Assembly: GCA_012026655.1 (NCBI GenBank)
Contig: JAAILG010001034.1
Span: 1-64,000, forward strand
Direction: 5' to 3'
DNA: 64,000 nt
Source of the DNA: Hydrolagus affinis
Taxonomy: Eukaryota
Position numbers and translations under genes: made by a program. Below are positions 62,718 to 64,000 of this stretch, piece by piece. The notes below the pieces were generated by a model. It made no database searches. It was given only the letters and a program-made list of their open reading frames with translations, and had not been told where the DNA came from. Numbering within the stretch: the stretch's first letter is position 1; every line of letters starts with the position of its first letter.

Positions 62718-64000
62718 AGTGTAGGAGCAAGAGACATAAGTGAGGCTTTCTCTCTTTCTCTGCCTGTTTCTTTGAGTTGCCGAGTATTGAATCTAGATTT
62801 CCAGGTGAGCAAAAACAAATTCAGGTTTCCCTTTTCAACCCATAGCATTCAGCTGATCACAAAATATTTGCATCCTCCTGACGTGAAAGGCGCAATGTAA
62901 ATGCAATTTGTTGATTTTTTTTATATGATGCATTTCACCCAGACGAAAAGTCTCCCAGTATCCAAATGAATGGGAGCAATTAGAAATGAAATGAACGTTG
63001 TTAGGTAAACATGTAAGGCATGAAACCTCTCCACGGCATGAGATCAATTGAGCCCAGAGGCCACCTTCATCCAAACTAATCTTGTGATCTTATGAATTCT
63101 GTCAGGTCTTGGCTGGACCTCGGAGGGACCATTGCCTAGAAAGTACGATCAAGGGGAAAACCATTGTGTTCTTTGCTTCTACCATTGAATTTAATTCAAT
63201 TTTCTGTCTAGTTCTTCCAGAAGCCCAGCGAAATTCAAGTACAGTTCCTCCAAAATGTAATACTCACATTTAAAGATTTATACGATCATTGAGGTGGTCA
63301 GTTATTCTCATACACAACAGCGGTTGTGATGTGACAATGAAAGACAAACTCATTCAAAACTAACTTTAGCCCATAATTCTATAAGCCATAAATAGCTGAT
63401 TTAAAAAACAGAAAAATGTAAATTGACTAAATGTTTTATTCGATACTGTGTTAGAAAGAGACTACATTTCTTGCTGAATTACAAATATTTAACACGGATG
63501 TGTGTTGAAGTATCAAAGCAGTGTAAAGCAAAGCTTCTCTAAATAAACTTAAAGAAATTGAAAGCGTTCTGGATTGTATTTTGAACATATGCTGTGTTTA
63601 GGTGGTCAGGGTGCAACCTTCTCCATTGGAACCCCTGGCTTTTCTCCAAAGCAAAAATAGTACTGATGTAGACAATATAATACATGTGGTCATGTAGGAC
63701 TGAATTCAAGGTTCTGGTATAAAAGGATGTTGAGATTAAATCACAAACCACGAGAGCAAGTTCCCAGTGATATGTTTAACCAGTGTGACCCCTGAGATTA
63801 CATTCCAACCTCAAATTTATTCCCTAGAGTCTTTGCTGTTGCACTATATGGGCTTCTGATGGCATTATGCTTCAGAAAGGGGACCTACGTCCTGGGACAT
63901 CAACAAAATACTGTATTTGAGTAATGGTTTATTTTCGCTAATGGATTACCGGGTTGTTCTGCAGGTGAATAAAGTGACAAGTTGTAGAAATATCAACCGC

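Noticed and set aside
18634-64000. GABBR2 exon 1, promoter or CpG island
   Set aside because: No signal-peptide/IMGLMPL/LDLRLYDTE-like coding segment or CpG island seen; exon 1 is probably beyond the window.

Overview
Vertebrate genomic DNA, AT-rich and repeat-dense. The repeat repertoire (Deu-domain tRNA-SINEs, L2/CR1 LINEs, a shark-type Penelope-like 3' repeat) points to a cartilaginous fish, probably a chimaera/elephant-shark relative; this is inference. The only protein-coding piece I can support is one 138-bp minus-strand exon of GABBR2 (GABA-B receptor subunit 2, equivalent to human exon 2) at 18496-18633. The rest is most likely intron 1 (higher coordinates) and intron 2 (lower coordinates). 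These introns hold about 20 copies of a young tRNA/Deu/L2-tail SINE, about 10 older full-length Deu-SINEs, decayed L2 and CR1 fragments, a Tigger/pogo-type MITE with an internal palindrome, and two 100-N assembly gaps. The most interesting signal is a family of eight short non-coding inserts, several with 8-14 bp target-site duplications and several as fold-back palindromes. They carry a minimal type I hammerhead ribozyme motif (CTGAYGA-A-stem II-GAAA-CG-TT) of the kind known from Penelope-like elements and retrozymes. Three core-intact copies lie in the sense orientation of the GABBR2 pre-mRNA, and two copies sit in a ~1.03-kb-period direct repeat. All calls are by eye and repeat boundaries are approximate.
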